DNA from: a virus
Direction: 5' to 3' (one strand)
Length of the DNA: 64,000 nucleotides
IMG/VR virus record: IMGVR_UViG_3300021077_000115
Coordinates: 46,064-110,063 of that record
Of the stretch, positions 26,493 through 35,868 are shown piece by piece. Within the stretch, counting starts at the first letter, position 1. Every line of letters begins with the position of its first letter. The notes below the pieces were generated by a model, which saw nothing but the letters and a program-made list of their open reading frames with translations, did not search any database and had not been told where the DNA came from. The position numbers and the translations under genes are program-made.

Positions 26493-27015
26493 TTTGAATC
26501 CCCATTTCGGCGAAGCATTCAGATACTTCGTCAGACATATATGTTACCAAGAAGATTTCCTCAAGAGATGTTTCGCCCTGGAGAAATGACTCCACCTCAC
26601 GTACAGCAATCTCACATGCTTGCTGTATTGGGTAGCCGAAGATGCCGGTACTGATTGCCGGAATGGCTATTGAATTACCGTGAAGCTCGCCAAGCTTCAG
26701 TGAGTTTCTGTAGCACGAAGCAAGCAGCTCGGCTTCGTGACGCTTCCCACCACGCCATGTGGGACCAGCTGTATGGATTACGAATTTACAAGGCAGCTTG
26801 AACGCCGGAGTAATTCGGACATACCCCGTTGGACACCGAACTCCTTTGGATACTTCTGGAATCAGAGCGCAAGCGTCAACTAAACTAGTACCAGCCGCTC
26901 TGTGAATTGCTCCATCAACCCCACCGCCACCAAGCATTCGTTCGTTGGCCGCGTTGACAATGCAGTCAACGTTCATAGTAGTTATGTCTTGTTCGATAGT
27001 TCTATAGCGTGCCAT
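26485..27015 (-). CDS. macrodomain protein (MacroD/YmdB-type ADP-ribose-binding / ADP-ribosylhydrolase)
   Basis: The canonical macro motifs VDCIVNAANERMLGGGGVDGAIHRAAG and IAIPAISTGIFGYP are present. Confidence 0.85.
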   Translation of the reverse strand: MARYRTIEQDITTMNVDCIVNAANERMLGGGGVDGAIHRAAGTSLVDACALIPEVSKGVRCPTGYVRITPAFKLPCKFVIHTAGPTWRGGKRHEAELLASCYRNSLKLGELHGNSIAIPAISTGIFGYPIQQACEIAVREVESFLQGETSLEEIFLVTYMSDEVSECFAEMGIQNV

Positions 27016-27016
27016 G

Positions 27017-27352
27017 TTAGACTCCAGTGGATCTCGAAATCACCCTATCAACCGTGTCAGTGAGAGACAGCCACACCCCTGTCCAACCAACAATCTCTGC
27101 GCATAGTTCGCGCACGATTGCTCGTCGAGGAGATCGATTCTTATCACCAACCCTTGCCAATGCATCTCGCGTCGCAATGATTGAGGCGAAGTCGCAAGTT
27201 GTATTAGCGACTGCCGCCTCATGTTCAGGAGCCAATTGGCTACCGAGCTGAGTGAACAATCTCGGCAACGCTTTCCAATCAATAGCCGAGATAGCAAATT
27301 CTGCTTGCGCCCTTGACTTCGAAGCCTTGATTAGTGCTTGGATATTTTGCAT
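27017..27352 (-). CDS. hypothetical protein
   Basis: A 111-aa ORF. Confidence 0.4.
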   Translation of the reverse strand: MQNIQALIKASKSRAQAEFAISAIDWKALPRLFTQLGSQLAPEHEAAVANTTCDFASIIATRDALARVGDKNRSPRRAIVRELCAEIVGWTGVWLSLTDTVDRVISRSTGV

Positions 27353-27492
27353 GTTACCAACCGATTTTCTTATTCAACCAGGACAAAATACCCACAAAAC
27401 ATAAGCATCCAGATAGAAGACTAATCACTTCATTTGTGGAATGGGTATAGACAATCAACATCATTGTCGAGAATATCAACAATTCAAATGGT

Positions 27493-27894
27493 TCAATTTT
27501 CTTCATCTAATTTCCTTGCCGAATTATAACTGGGTAACGCAATAACGCTGCTCGTTAGGCAATTGACATAATCAACCTCTTGCATCCTTGTGAGTAGGGC
27601 GTTGATAAATACAAACAAGCAAACAATAAACACACAAAGCAATGAAGCGAAAGTCCATGCTCCAAACAAATCATTAGGTCCTAATTCATACTTAATCCAG
27701 AATGGTATGGGCGACATAGCTAACACCAATATTCCACATACCGATGACCAAAAGATCTGCCTGCTCCTATTCTTGTTTTGCCGTGACGCCCAATCATCTA
27801 AACCCTGAGCGTTTGTGACCATCTTGGCAAATTCAAAAGGCGTGATTCTAAGCATGCCCCTTCTGCTGTCGTATTTTGCTTGTTGAACTTGCAT
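27493..27894 (-). CDS. hypothetical membrane protein
   Basis: The 133-aa ORF has hydrophobic segments (ILVLAMSPIPFWI and FASLLCVFIVCLFVFINALL). Confidence 0.4.
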   Translation of the reverse strand: MQVQQAKYDSRRGMLRITPFEFAKMVTNAQGLDDWASRQNKNRSRQIFWSSVCGILVLAMSPIPFWIKYELGPNDLFGAWTFASLLCVFIVCLFVFINALLTRMQEVDYVNCLTSSVIALPSYNSARKLDEEN

Positions 27895-27900
27895 TATTAA

Positions 27901-28953
27901 TCAATTCCTTTCTTTGAGCAATCGGAATAGATCGATTGTCATTTTAGGCGTGGTGTACGCTACTTGAAAGCGAACACTTTCATACTTCTGATTCTTGAGA
28001 ACAGCATCACCTCGGCCCAACAAAGTCTCCGCCCCGATGCGATCTAGAATCACAACGCTATCGGTTTTGGATGCCGTCTTGCAAGCAATACGACCTGGGA
28101 AGTTGGCTTTGATCAGGCCAGTGATAACGCTAACGCTCGGACGTTGCGTTGCCAGCACCATGAAAATGCCAGCGGCGCGACCCTTTTGAGCCAACTTCAC
28201 GATCAGGGTTTCGAGCTTGTGACCCTTGTCCTGAATCATTAGGTCTGCAACCTCATCAATGATACACAGCACGAGCGGGATTTTCTTAGGATCCTCTTCG
28301 ATGCTGCGCATACCAATCTCACCCATCTCGCGGTAGCGGCGCTCCATCATTGCTGATAGGCCTTCGAGTTGGTTGAGAGTTTCTGTGTACGTGGAGGCTA
28401 CTTCTGAAACTACACCACTAAGTTCTTCAGACCTATAGTCTTGAAACTCAATTCGTTTCGGATCATTTAGATAGATCCAAACGTTGCGCCAGCGCACCGT
28501 ATCAAGCATAATGCAATTTGCAATCAGCGTGTGAAGCAAAGTGGACTTGCCTGAGCCGGTGCTGCCGGCGATTAGTAGATGGGGATTGTTGTTCATATCC
28601 ATCCACAGCTTGCGTCCCTCATCACTCTCGCCCAACAACATGGGGAACACCATGTTGTCAGGTATCATCTCGTTGTAGAACAGGTTTGTCAGCGGTATGG
28701 GCTGTGCTTTTTCAAGCGCAACCTGTAGCCGTACAATACCCTGCTCGGGCACGAGCCTCATGATCGGGACGGTTTCCGATTGAATGGCCAATGCAATTTG
28801 CTTGGCACTGCGTTCGAGCCTTCCAAGCACTGATGGTTTGGTTGCTAGTTTGACGTCGAAGAACGCCAGGTGGCGATTCCTCTCTGCCCGTACGCAACTT
28901 CCATCAATGCCGAGATCACTCAACACACCATTCATTTGAGCTTGAATAGACAT
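27901..28953 (-). CDS. FtsK/SpoIIIE-family DNA translocase ATPase domain protein
   Basis: Walker A is HLLIAGSTGSGKST. Walker B is LCIIDEVADLM. The FtsK motor blocks LATQRPSVSVITGLIKANFPGRIACKTASKTDSVVILD..GAETLLGRGD are present. Confidence 0.8.
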   Translation of the reverse strand: MSIQAQMNGVLSDLGIDGSCVRAERNRHLAFFDVKLATKPSVLGRLERSAKQIALAIQSETVPIMRLVPEQGIVRLQVALEKAQPIPLTNLFYNEMIPDNMVFPMLLGESDEGRKLWMDMNNNPHLLIAGSTGSGKSTLLHTLIANCIMLDTVRWRNVWIYLNDPKRIEFQDYRSEELSGVVSEVASTYTETLNQLEGLSAMMERRYREMGEIGMRSIEEDPKKIPLVLCIIDEVADLMIQDKGHKLETLIVKLAQKGRAAGIFMVLATQRPSVSVITGLIKANFPGRIACKTASKTDSVVILDRIGAETLLGRGDAVLKNQKYESVRFQVAYTTPKMTIDLFRLLKERN

Positions 28954-29069
28954 GGCACTTCCAATCTATTATCTTGAGAATCTAAATGATGTCAAGATAA
29001 TTCATCTGTAGTAATTCAACTGATGATATTGGTGTTCGGTTGGTTGACCGAACCGGCCAGCCAATTTAC

Positions 29070-30104
29070 TTAGTCATTATCTCGAACCCCAATGCCAACT
29101 TCATTCGAATCAATTAGTGATTGAATCGCAGCCAGAACATCTTCCGATCTGGCGTTGGAAGGTAAGTGGAGCTTGCTGCATATCTTGCCCCAATCCCTTT
29201 CAACCATTGCAGACTTGATAACCTCAGTAATATGTGCCTCGGCCTCGCTAAGCTTTTGCTCCAACTGTGAGAAGTCAATGCTGCCAGCGAAGTCCTTGAT
29301 ATGATTATCAACTATCCTGCGAGCAATGCCGCGAACCATATCTCCAGAGTTGCCGAAGTATGCTGTGCTCTGCCACGTTTTGCCGTAACGTATTTGATAG
29401 CCCCAATTTTTCTCATCCAAAGCCACAATCCTGTGTGAAGCATCAATAACAATTTCACACCCCTTGGTATATGAATCACCAGAAGAATCCTCAACCTCGG
29501 AATCCTCTACGACTTCCTCAGCTGATTCATCGGTATCATCTGAGCCAGTGCTCTGGTAACCAAGCCTCTTGGCGCTTTCAATCCCGGTAATCTTGCCTTC
29601 GCTTATTGCACATTTGAAAGCTCGAATGAAATCATCCTCACCCATAGTGCAAGTTCCGTTTTCAGAGAGGAACTTTTGATAGATGGCAGCAGCAGTCATT
29701 CGCTTTTGACCGCGAATGTTCTTGCCAATAAATTCACGTACCTTATCCAAGTACGGAAGAAAGGCAGCCAATGCCGGATCGGTTGGAATTACCTTGGGGG
29801 TACGCACCGTATTAGAATGCTTGTAGCCGTGGCGGCCAGCTCCCTCTAGCCCAGTGATGAGGCATTCGCGAATAGCCAAGCGTAAGCTCTTGACAAAATC
29901 ATCATTCGAAATATCGCACTTCGAACCTCTCATGAATGCTTCAGCAATCATGAGAGCCGTCATCGTCTTGTTGCCAATGACATTCTTATCAATGAATTCT
30001 TGGATGTCTGGAATGAACGCATTGATTAGTGCCAATTGTTTTGTTTCACTGTTGTTCACTGTAGTCTCCTGGTAGGAAGGTAGCCTGCTCTGCAAGAAAT
30101 ACAC
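29070..30104 (-). CDS. hypothetical protein with internal tandem duplication and acidic linker
   Basis: Two ~110-aa repeats share (FI.KN..G.K.MTA..I...F......DDF...AI.E..ITG.E.A.R.GY). A D/E/S-rich linker (TGSDDTDESAEEVVEDSEVEDSSGDS) is present. It likely begins with GTG. Confidence 0.45.
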   Translation of the reverse strand: MYFLQSRLPSYQETTVNNSETKQLALINAFIPDIQEFIDKNVIGNKTMTALMIAEAFMRGSKCDISNDDFVKSLRLAIRECLITGLEGAGRHGYKHSNTVRTPKVIPTDPALAAFLPYLDKVREFIGKNIRGQKRMTAAAIYQKFLSENGTCTMGEDDFIRAFKCAISEGKITGIESAKRLGYQSTGSDDTDESAEEVVEDSEVEDSSGDSYTKGCEIVIDASHRIVALDEKNWGYQIRYGKTWQSTAYFGNSGDMVRGIARRIVDNHIKDFAGSIDFSQLEQKLSEAEAHITEVIKSAMVERDWGKICSKLHLPSNARSEDVLAAIQSLIDSNEVGIGVRDND

Positions 30105-30270
30105 GAGTTGTGTTGTTGCTCGTACGTATCGTTACATCATATCGTTTTGATAGCTCAAACAATCGCTCGGCAGTTACTTTCATTGGGAAGTGAGTGAGAC
30201 CGTCTTGCTCCATCATTTGAGCAACAGATTTTTTACCAAAGAGATTTAGAAATATTACTTCGATGTCCAT
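30046..30270 (-). CDS. hypothetical protein
   Basis: A 74-aa ORF. It overlaps the upstream gene by about 58 nt, so the call is uncertain. Confidence 0.3.
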   Translation of the reverse strand: MDIEVIFLNLFGKKSVAQMMEQDGLTHFPMKVTAERLFELSKRYDVTIRTSNNTTRVFLAEQATFLPGDYSEQQ

Positions 30271-30418
30271 ACTTATCCGTCAGCGTGAAAATCTTCTCTA
30301 TCTGGATCCGAATGTGGACGGTCATCATAGCCGTCATCGTAAAGCGTGCAGATGTTGCCTTCCGAGTCAACCTCTTCGTCTTCTTCTACGTCATCTTCAT
30401 CATCGATATCGTTTGTTG

Positions 30419-31186
30419 TCATAGATCTTCCCTAGCTCTAACGAATATTGCCGGCCGTGGAATTCCTTCTTTTGTCAGCAACTCCCATTCATAGGTTATA
30501 ATCTTTCCAATAGGCGGCGGGTTCTTTGCCATCGCCTCCGTCATACCCGAAGCAACTTTGAATCTCAGGCCCTTGCTGTTCATTACCTCAAGAGATCCGC
30601 AAAGCCCTGGACGAGTTCCTTCAATGTGTCCAATGACCACGGCCTCTGCATCGAACCTAGGCTTTACTTTGAGCAGTGTGCTGCTTCGCTTTTTCTCATA
30701 TCGAGAACCAGGCTTGCGAAGCATCAGGCCCTCACCTCCGGCAGCTACGATTTCTTTGAGCTGCTTGAGAAGTTGTTCTTTGCTTTCACATACCCAAAAA
30801 TCAATTACCTTCGCATTGACGGCTCGATTGAGAACCATCTGAGCATACTTGATACGCTGTTCAAACCCTTGCAGATAATCAGGCGCATCATATACCGAGT
30901 AATGAATGGCTTTCCAATCCTGCTCGCGTTTACCACTGACTGCTGAAGTTACCTTTCCAATCTCACCACGTCCGGCGTACAGCTCTCCATCAAGCGCTTC
31001 GTGTGGAAGGCCCTGAGTGAACCATGCCGGAGGCTCAATGACGCGCCCGAAGCTACCATCAGCTTTGCGGCTATGAAAGTGTTTGCCATTCCAATGAGCT
31101 CTGTGTCCGTCCAATTTTTCGCTAACCAAATATCCCTTTGGATCGAGTTTATGATCCCATCTATTAGCTAATAGAAAGTCAGTCAT
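30419..31186 (-). CDS. ATP-dependent DNA ligase (minimal, Chlorella-virus/T7-like size)
   Basis: The adenylation motif I KxDGxR is present (SEKLDGHRAHW). Motifs IV/V are EGLMLRKP and LLKVK. The 255-aa length fits a minimal ligase. Confidence 0.85.
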   Translation of the reverse strand: MTDFLLANRWDHKLDPKGYLVSEKLDGHRAHWNGKHFHSRKADGSFGRVIEPPAWFTQGLPHEALDGELYAGRGEIGKVTSAVSGKREQDWKAIHYSVYDAPDYLQGFEQRIKYAQMVLNRAVNAKVIDFWVCESKEQLLKQLKEIVAAGGEGLMLRKPGSRYEKKRSSTLLKVKPRFDAEAVVIGHIEGTRPGLCGSLEVMNSKGLRFKVASGMTEAMAKNPPPIGKIITYEWELLTKEGIPRPAIFVRAREDL

Positions 31187-31301
31187 TATTAGCCTTTCGG
31201 TTTTTGAACGAGGCCATTAGGTATTCCTAATGAGATGGCCCACTGTCTCCAAATACTTCTCCCATATTCTTGGAGAAATATCTTGTCACTCTCAAACATA
31301 A

Positions 31302-32189
31302 TCATGGAAACTCTCGCTCCTCTTTTTTACCAGAAGAATTCAATACCTCAATCTTTCCGGCACCCACATCAATCTTACCCGCCAGTTCCGGAAAGTAATA
31401 TTTCGCACCACCAGTATATACAACCAGGTTATCTCGCCTCTCATAAATACCGGGCGAATGTGTATGTCCCGTCAGAACCACAAACTTCTTGTCTGTATTC
31501 TTCTCGGCATATTTATCAAGCACAGCCCCTATGCTAGCGCTTGTAAACCAAGGCTGCCAATCTCGATCGCTATGACTCCCCTCATGCCAAGCTGATTCTG
31601 GATATGGAGGGACATGCGTCGCAACCAGGATTATATCCTTTGGCGTTTCACAAACCATTTTGAGCATATCATCCAAACGATCCGCTTCTTTCTTTGCTCG
31701 CTCTCGAACCAGATCGATCATCAGATCTCTGTAGTTGAGTCCAGATAACTCTTTGATAGCCGTGAAATCATTAATCTCAATGAATGTTTTGGTGTTGCCG
31801 TGATAAGCATCATACCAACCATTAACACCAACGATGGCCATTCGGTTTGCATTGTCGTTCGGACTGCGCGGGTGAAATTCGCTTACCCAACCCTCGTTGA
31901 GCCAAAATAAATTACCAAACTTCTTGGTAAGTTTTGGAATCAACTCATCAATTTCTTTGAATGAACTGTTGTAATGATCATGATTACCAAGAATGAAGTA
32001 AATTGGATTAGGAAATCCTTGTGCAATTTGCGTGAGATGTTTCTCAAGCACTTCGCCACTTGAAATATCTCCTGTGAGTATTAGACCATCAGCATTTGGA
32101 TTCTCTTCAGCAAGACATTGCACAAACCTAAATGCTCCATCGTCTCGTTTTAGAAAATTTAGGTGGCTGTCTGAAACCCATAATAACAT
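31302..32189 (-). CDS. calcineurin-like metallophosphoesterase
   Basis: The motifs VSDSHL, LTGDIS, GNHDH, ATHVPP and GHTHSPG match the MPP signature (D-X-H...GD...GNH[DE]...GH-X-H). Confidence 0.8.
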   Translation of the reverse strand: MLLWVSDSHLNFLKRDDGAFRFVQCLAEENPNADGLILTGDISSGEVLEKHLTQIAQGFPNPIYFILGNHDHYNSSFKEIDELIPKLTKKFGNLFWLNEGWVSEFHPRSPNDNANRMAIVGVNGWYDAYHGNTKTFIEINDFTAIKELSGLNYRDLMIDLVRERAKKEADRLDDMLKMVCETPKDIILVATHVPPYPESAWHEGSHSDRDWQPWFTSASIGAVLDKYAEKNTDKKFVVLTGHTHSPGIYERRDNLVVYTGGAKYYFPELAGKIDVGAGKIEVLNSSGKKEEREFP

Positions 32190-32230
32190 AAAAATCTCCG
32201 TCTGTGCTGATATATCTATAAGGCATGTAA

Positions 32231-32940
32231 AAGATATGCGCAGCCTGTGGTAAGGCCTATAATAAATTAAACAAGAAGTATTGTTCAGCAGAATGTTTCA
32301 AAGAATCTCCACGCCAATGGACTAAATACAAGGAATTCGATGATTCTGATACATCTTATATCAAGATTGAGTCTGCTGAATTTGCCTATACTCTTGGATT
32401 CCTTTGGGGAGATGGATCTCTGAAGGAAAAGAAATGTAAACTTTATAATCTTCACTATCCGGTTATCCATATTGTACGAGATGATTTTGAAGAGATCAAA
32501 CACTGTTTTGAAATTATGGGTAAATGGAAAGTTAGAATAGCCAAGCCGCGTAAAAGACAGCCAAAGGAACAATCCCACGCAACACTCTACGATAAGTCAA
32601 TGGATGTTTTTATATTAGCAAAGACAAAAAATGTATTCAATTTTCCTTTGCTGGATCCTTTGATCAAGATTGGTCTGCGACCAGTATCTTACTAACTGAA
32701 CTTAATGTAAAATACAAAGCATCTAAGAGAGAAGTAAAAACTGGTCGGTCGTCAGACGTTAAAGGCTCTGGAGTATTCAATGTCAGCAAGCTTGGTGAGT
32801 ATCTCTATCAAGGATCGTTGACTCCAAAGCTCACAAGAAAATACGAAAAGTTTCTAAAAATTAGAGAGCTGGCGCAGATAGCCGGTGAGAAATCTATGAA
32901 TAAAGGTCGTTCTGGTAACTACTTCAAACAGGCTGCGTAA
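32231..32940 (+). pseudogene. free-standing double-motif LAGLIDADG homing endonuclease gene, apparently disrupted (no in-frame start codon; -1 frame change at an A6 tract)
   Basis: The first frame (from 32231) reads KICAACGKAY..YCSAECF...EFAYTLGFLWGDGSLKEKK... with LAGLIDADG motif 1 (LGFLWGDGS), and stops at about 32693. The -1 frame from 32596 carries a degenerate motif 2 (FSFAGSFDQDWS) and a C-terminal region ending KYEKFLKIRELAQ...NYFKQAA at 32940. The frames switch at a_aaa_aat (32626-32632). No ATG, GTG or TTG lies in frame upstream of motif 1. Confidence 0.55.
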
Positions 32941-32955
32941 CTTTACTTGCTTTCT

Positions 32956-33897
32956 TTATGCGGCTGGTGGAAATTTAGTTGTCGTAAAGTCCATCTTCTC
33001 GCTAGCTGGCGTGAATTGTATCTGTCGTACCGCAGCATCAATCTTAGAAGCTATTGCCGGATTCGCCGGAGTGGTAATAATAGTTACGCCAGCAGCCTTT
33101 CCGTTCTGTATGGCCGCTCGAATTTCAACCGCCATCGTCTCTGGAAGATCAGGTGGTAAATAAGAACCGCTATTTAGGAGTGCTGCGTACTGTCCTTGTG
33201 TTACGTCAGCCTTTCCTCTTTGGCCAATGTTCATCTTATCACCACCCTTGGCTTGATAAGAGGCATAGACCTGTTCATAACTCTGTCCTGCTGCCGTCTT
33301 CTTGCTCAGATAATTGGCAACCTTCAATAGGCTAGAGATGTTTTTGCTTGCTCCGGTATAGCTAGGATCATCTGGTCCTGGAGTATAGCCCAAATAGTCA
33401 GGATCGTCTGGGCCCGGCGTATATGTTCGTGGAGGAAGAATTCCAGCTGGGCTATCCATTGTCTGTCGTAGGTTGAATTGTGGAGCCGGCTGGGAGATTG
33501 GAGCGGCAGCAGGAACTGGCTGACCTTGCCTTGGAACTGGACGCCGTGCAGGAGCCGCAGGGCGCTGTACGTGAGCAGCGCCCGTTGGAGCCGATGGACG
33601 AAGCAATTGTCCAAGCTCATCTGTGGAGTTTTGATTCCAGGCGGCGACGTCTTGAGGATTATTCAGTGTGCCATGACGTAATGATTCTTCCAATTCCTCA
33701 TAACTTTGCGGTTTGTTCCAAGCTGCAACCTGCTCTGGAGTAGCAGATGGAGGAAGCGCAGCTTGCTGCTGTGCTAGTTTTGACCAGAGAATCTTTCGCT
33801 CTGCAACTCTGATGGCGTGACCATCTAAATCCGGAATCCCTCGTCCAGCAGATTCGAATAGGTTATGAATTGCAGCGTTATTAAGTTCTCTAGCCAT
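32956..33897 (-). CDS. hypothetical proline-rich protein
   Basis: The 313-aa ORF has a central P/A/Q-rich low-complexity region and YTPGPDDP(D/S)Y repeats. Confidence 0.5.
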   Translation of the reverse strand: MARELNNAAIHNLFESAGRGIPDLDGHAIRVAERKILWSKLAQQQAALPPSATPEQVAAWNKPQSYEELEESLRHGTLNNPQDVAAWNQNSTDELGQLLRPSAPTGAAHVQRPAAPARRPVPRQGQPVPAAAPISQPAPQFNLRQTMDSPAGILPPRTYTPGPDDPDYLGYTPGPDDPSYTGASKNISSLLKVANYLSKKTAAGQSYEQVYASYQAKGGDKMNIGQRGKADVTQGQYAALLNSGSYLPPDLPETMAVEIRAAIQNGKAAGVTIITTPANPAIASKIDAAVRQIQFTPASEKMDFTTTKFPPAA

Positions 33898-34003
33898 ATC
33901 ATTCCTCTGATAACAACAAATAAACCCTTACTTCACAATGCATAATTATTGATGTAGGGATTTCTTTAATTATTACCAGGGAATTTCTAGGAAAATGGCC
34001 GTA

Positions 34004-34342
34004 TTAGCTACTGCCATTCCTATTACCGAAATACAATTGGCCTATCATTCTGCCATCTCTTCTTGCGGCAGCGTTGATTGCCTCCCATTCTTCTTGACGA
34101 AGAAGGCTTTGTGGACTGATTTTCCAAACCGCCTGATCGGAAGTTAGCTCCCCAGACTTTGCCTTCTCTATAGTTGACCGTACCGATTCGGTAACACGGT
34201 CAACCACGCCCTGCTCAGCAAATATAATCAGTACGGCAATGTTCTTCAACCAAAGGTTCCAGAGAGTCTCGTTCTTGGAGTCCCATCCGGAAACTTTACA
34301 ATCACCCCACAGGTCTTCTGGAGTAGGAGGATTATGGGCCAA
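34004..34342 (-). CDS. hypothetical protein
   Basis: A 112-aa ORF. Confidence 0.4.
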   Translation of the reverse strand: MAHNPPTPEDLWGDCKVSGWDSKNETLWNLWLKNIAVLIIFAEQGVVDRVTESVRSTIEKAKSGELTSDQAVWKISPQSLLRQEEWEAINAAARRDGRMIGQLYFGNRNGSS

Positions 34343-34548
34343 ATTTATTCTGATCTACTGGAATCATATATTACCTGCAGCTACAAGAGCATGGACAGGC
34401 GCAAGGGTGTTTGCTGACCAAAGCCAAGCCAATGAACACCACTGCCAGTGCCACAACAATAGCAATTACAGGACAAGCTTCTTTGAGTATTTTCATAATG
34501 CCTCGGGGTTGGAGGGCTCGCTTTCGAGCCCTCCAATTACTTCTTGCT

Positions 34549-35481
34549 CTAGCTGGCCTTTGCCGTCTTCGCTCGGGTTCGCTTTGCCTTTGGCTCCTTA
34601 GCCACTGGCGCTGTCAACGTCAAAGGCTCTACAGCCTTAGTCACAACAGGTGCTGCAGCTGGCGCAGCTTCAATACCAATCTTAGCCATCTCCTCGGCGA
34701 TCTTTTCTTCCGACATGCCAATGGCACGCAGTGAAGCACGAAGAGCATCCGCCATACCGGTGTTCTTGACTGGCGCTGACACTTCAGTAATCGTGGCGCT
34801 CGGATTCTCAATCTTCACCTGCACCGCAGCGTTCAGCTTCTCGATGAACCTGTCAGAATATCTGGAAGAATCGAAGGTGGGCTTGGACAACGTATCCATG
34901 AGCACCTTGCCCATTGCCATCTCGACCGGAGAAATCTGTACGTTCGCACACTTGTTATCGAAGCCGCGAACCTCTGTGTCGTAGAACATCTGGTACATGA
35001 CGAGGCCGTGTTGATAAGCACGGATTGCCACAAGATGTTCCTTGCCACGTGCTACGTATGTTCCAACTGCCGCTCGATTATGAGCCTTGAGAAGTTCATA
35101 CAAGAACTTGTAACCCTTATCCATGCCCTTGTCAGGCGCGGTGTAGTACGTTTGCTCGACATGCAGAGGATCAATTTCGCTTGTCGGCACGAACTCGGCA
35201 ATGTCCAGCGAGTCTTTCTTCGCCGCTTGCATGTTCGCCACTTCTTCTTCCGTGAATATAACGTATTGGTCCTTGGCGTATTCGTAGCCCTTTACAGAGT
35301 CACTACGCAGAACCTCTGCTAGCGTAACCGAATCAACCAACTTCTGACTGAGTCGGTTCCCAGTTTTGGGATTGATCATGTTGAAGCTCACAGACTCGGC
35401 ACCCGCCGCCTTGTATAGCTTGATAGCAATTTGTGCCATTCCAAAACTAAGAACTACTCGTCCGACTGATCGTGCTGACAT
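34549..35481 (-). CDS. ku: Ku (NHEJ DNA-end-binding protein) homolog
   Basis: The N-terminus SVGRVVLSFGMAQIAIKLYKA matches the bacterial Ku pattern (isFGLV.iPVkLysA). The core LVAIRAYQHGLVMYQMFYDTEVR is present. A lysine/alanine-rich basic C-terminal tail is present. Confidence 0.8.
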   Translation of the reverse strand: MSARSVGRVVLSFGMAQIAIKLYKAAGAESVSFNMINPKTGNRLSQKLVDSVTLAEVLRSDSVKGYEYAKDQYVIFTEEEVANMQAAKKDSLDIAEFVPTSEIDPLHVEQTYYTAPDKGMDKGYKFLYELLKAHNRAAVGTYVARGKEHLVAIRAYQHGLVMYQMFYDTEVRGFDNKCANVQISPVEMAMGKVLMDTLSKPTFDSSRYSDRFIEKLNAAVQVKIENPSATITEVSAPVKNTGMADALRASLRAIGMSEEKIAEEMAKIGIEAAPAAAPVVTKAVEPLTLTAPVAKEPKAKRTRAKTAKAS

Positions 35482-35484
35482 TTG

Positions 35485-35667
35485 TTATGTTTCCTTTTTT
35501 GTGGTTTCATCATCTAAAGAAATGAAAGCTCCCTGATCACCAGTTAGACGCTCAGCCTCTTTGGAAAGTAAAGCGAACCTTCCAATACTCGAAGCGGTTA
35601 GCGGCTTGCTGGAGCGAAGCTCAATTGTGACGTCTTCATTACTCCACCGAACACAGAGGCATTCCAT
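35485..35667 (-). CDS. hypothetical protein
   Basis: A 60-aa ORF directly downstream of Ku. Confidence 0.3.
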   Translation of the reverse strand: MECLCVRWSNEDVTIELRSSKPLTASSIGRFALLSKEAERLTGDQGAFISLDDETTKKET

Positions 35668-35868
35668 TGCTTAGCTCACTTTTATAAAACAAAGCCTGTA
35701 TGACAAACTCTGGTAATCAATACGTTATCGAGTACCAGCTTCCCTTATTGTCGAGACTTTGGATAATTTGTAAACAACTAGTTGTTTATACCATGGCCGT
35801 CTCAAACTGTCAAGCAAAAAAGAGAGGGCTGCGTTTCCACAGCCCTCATCACCAACCTGCCGTTCGGT

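Noticed and set aside
28990-29040. A hairpin (gttcggt-tggttg-accgaac) lies between the FtsK-like gene and the upstream gene.
   Set aside because: It is a short stem without a following T-tract on the coding strand. The evidence is insufficient to call it a terminator.
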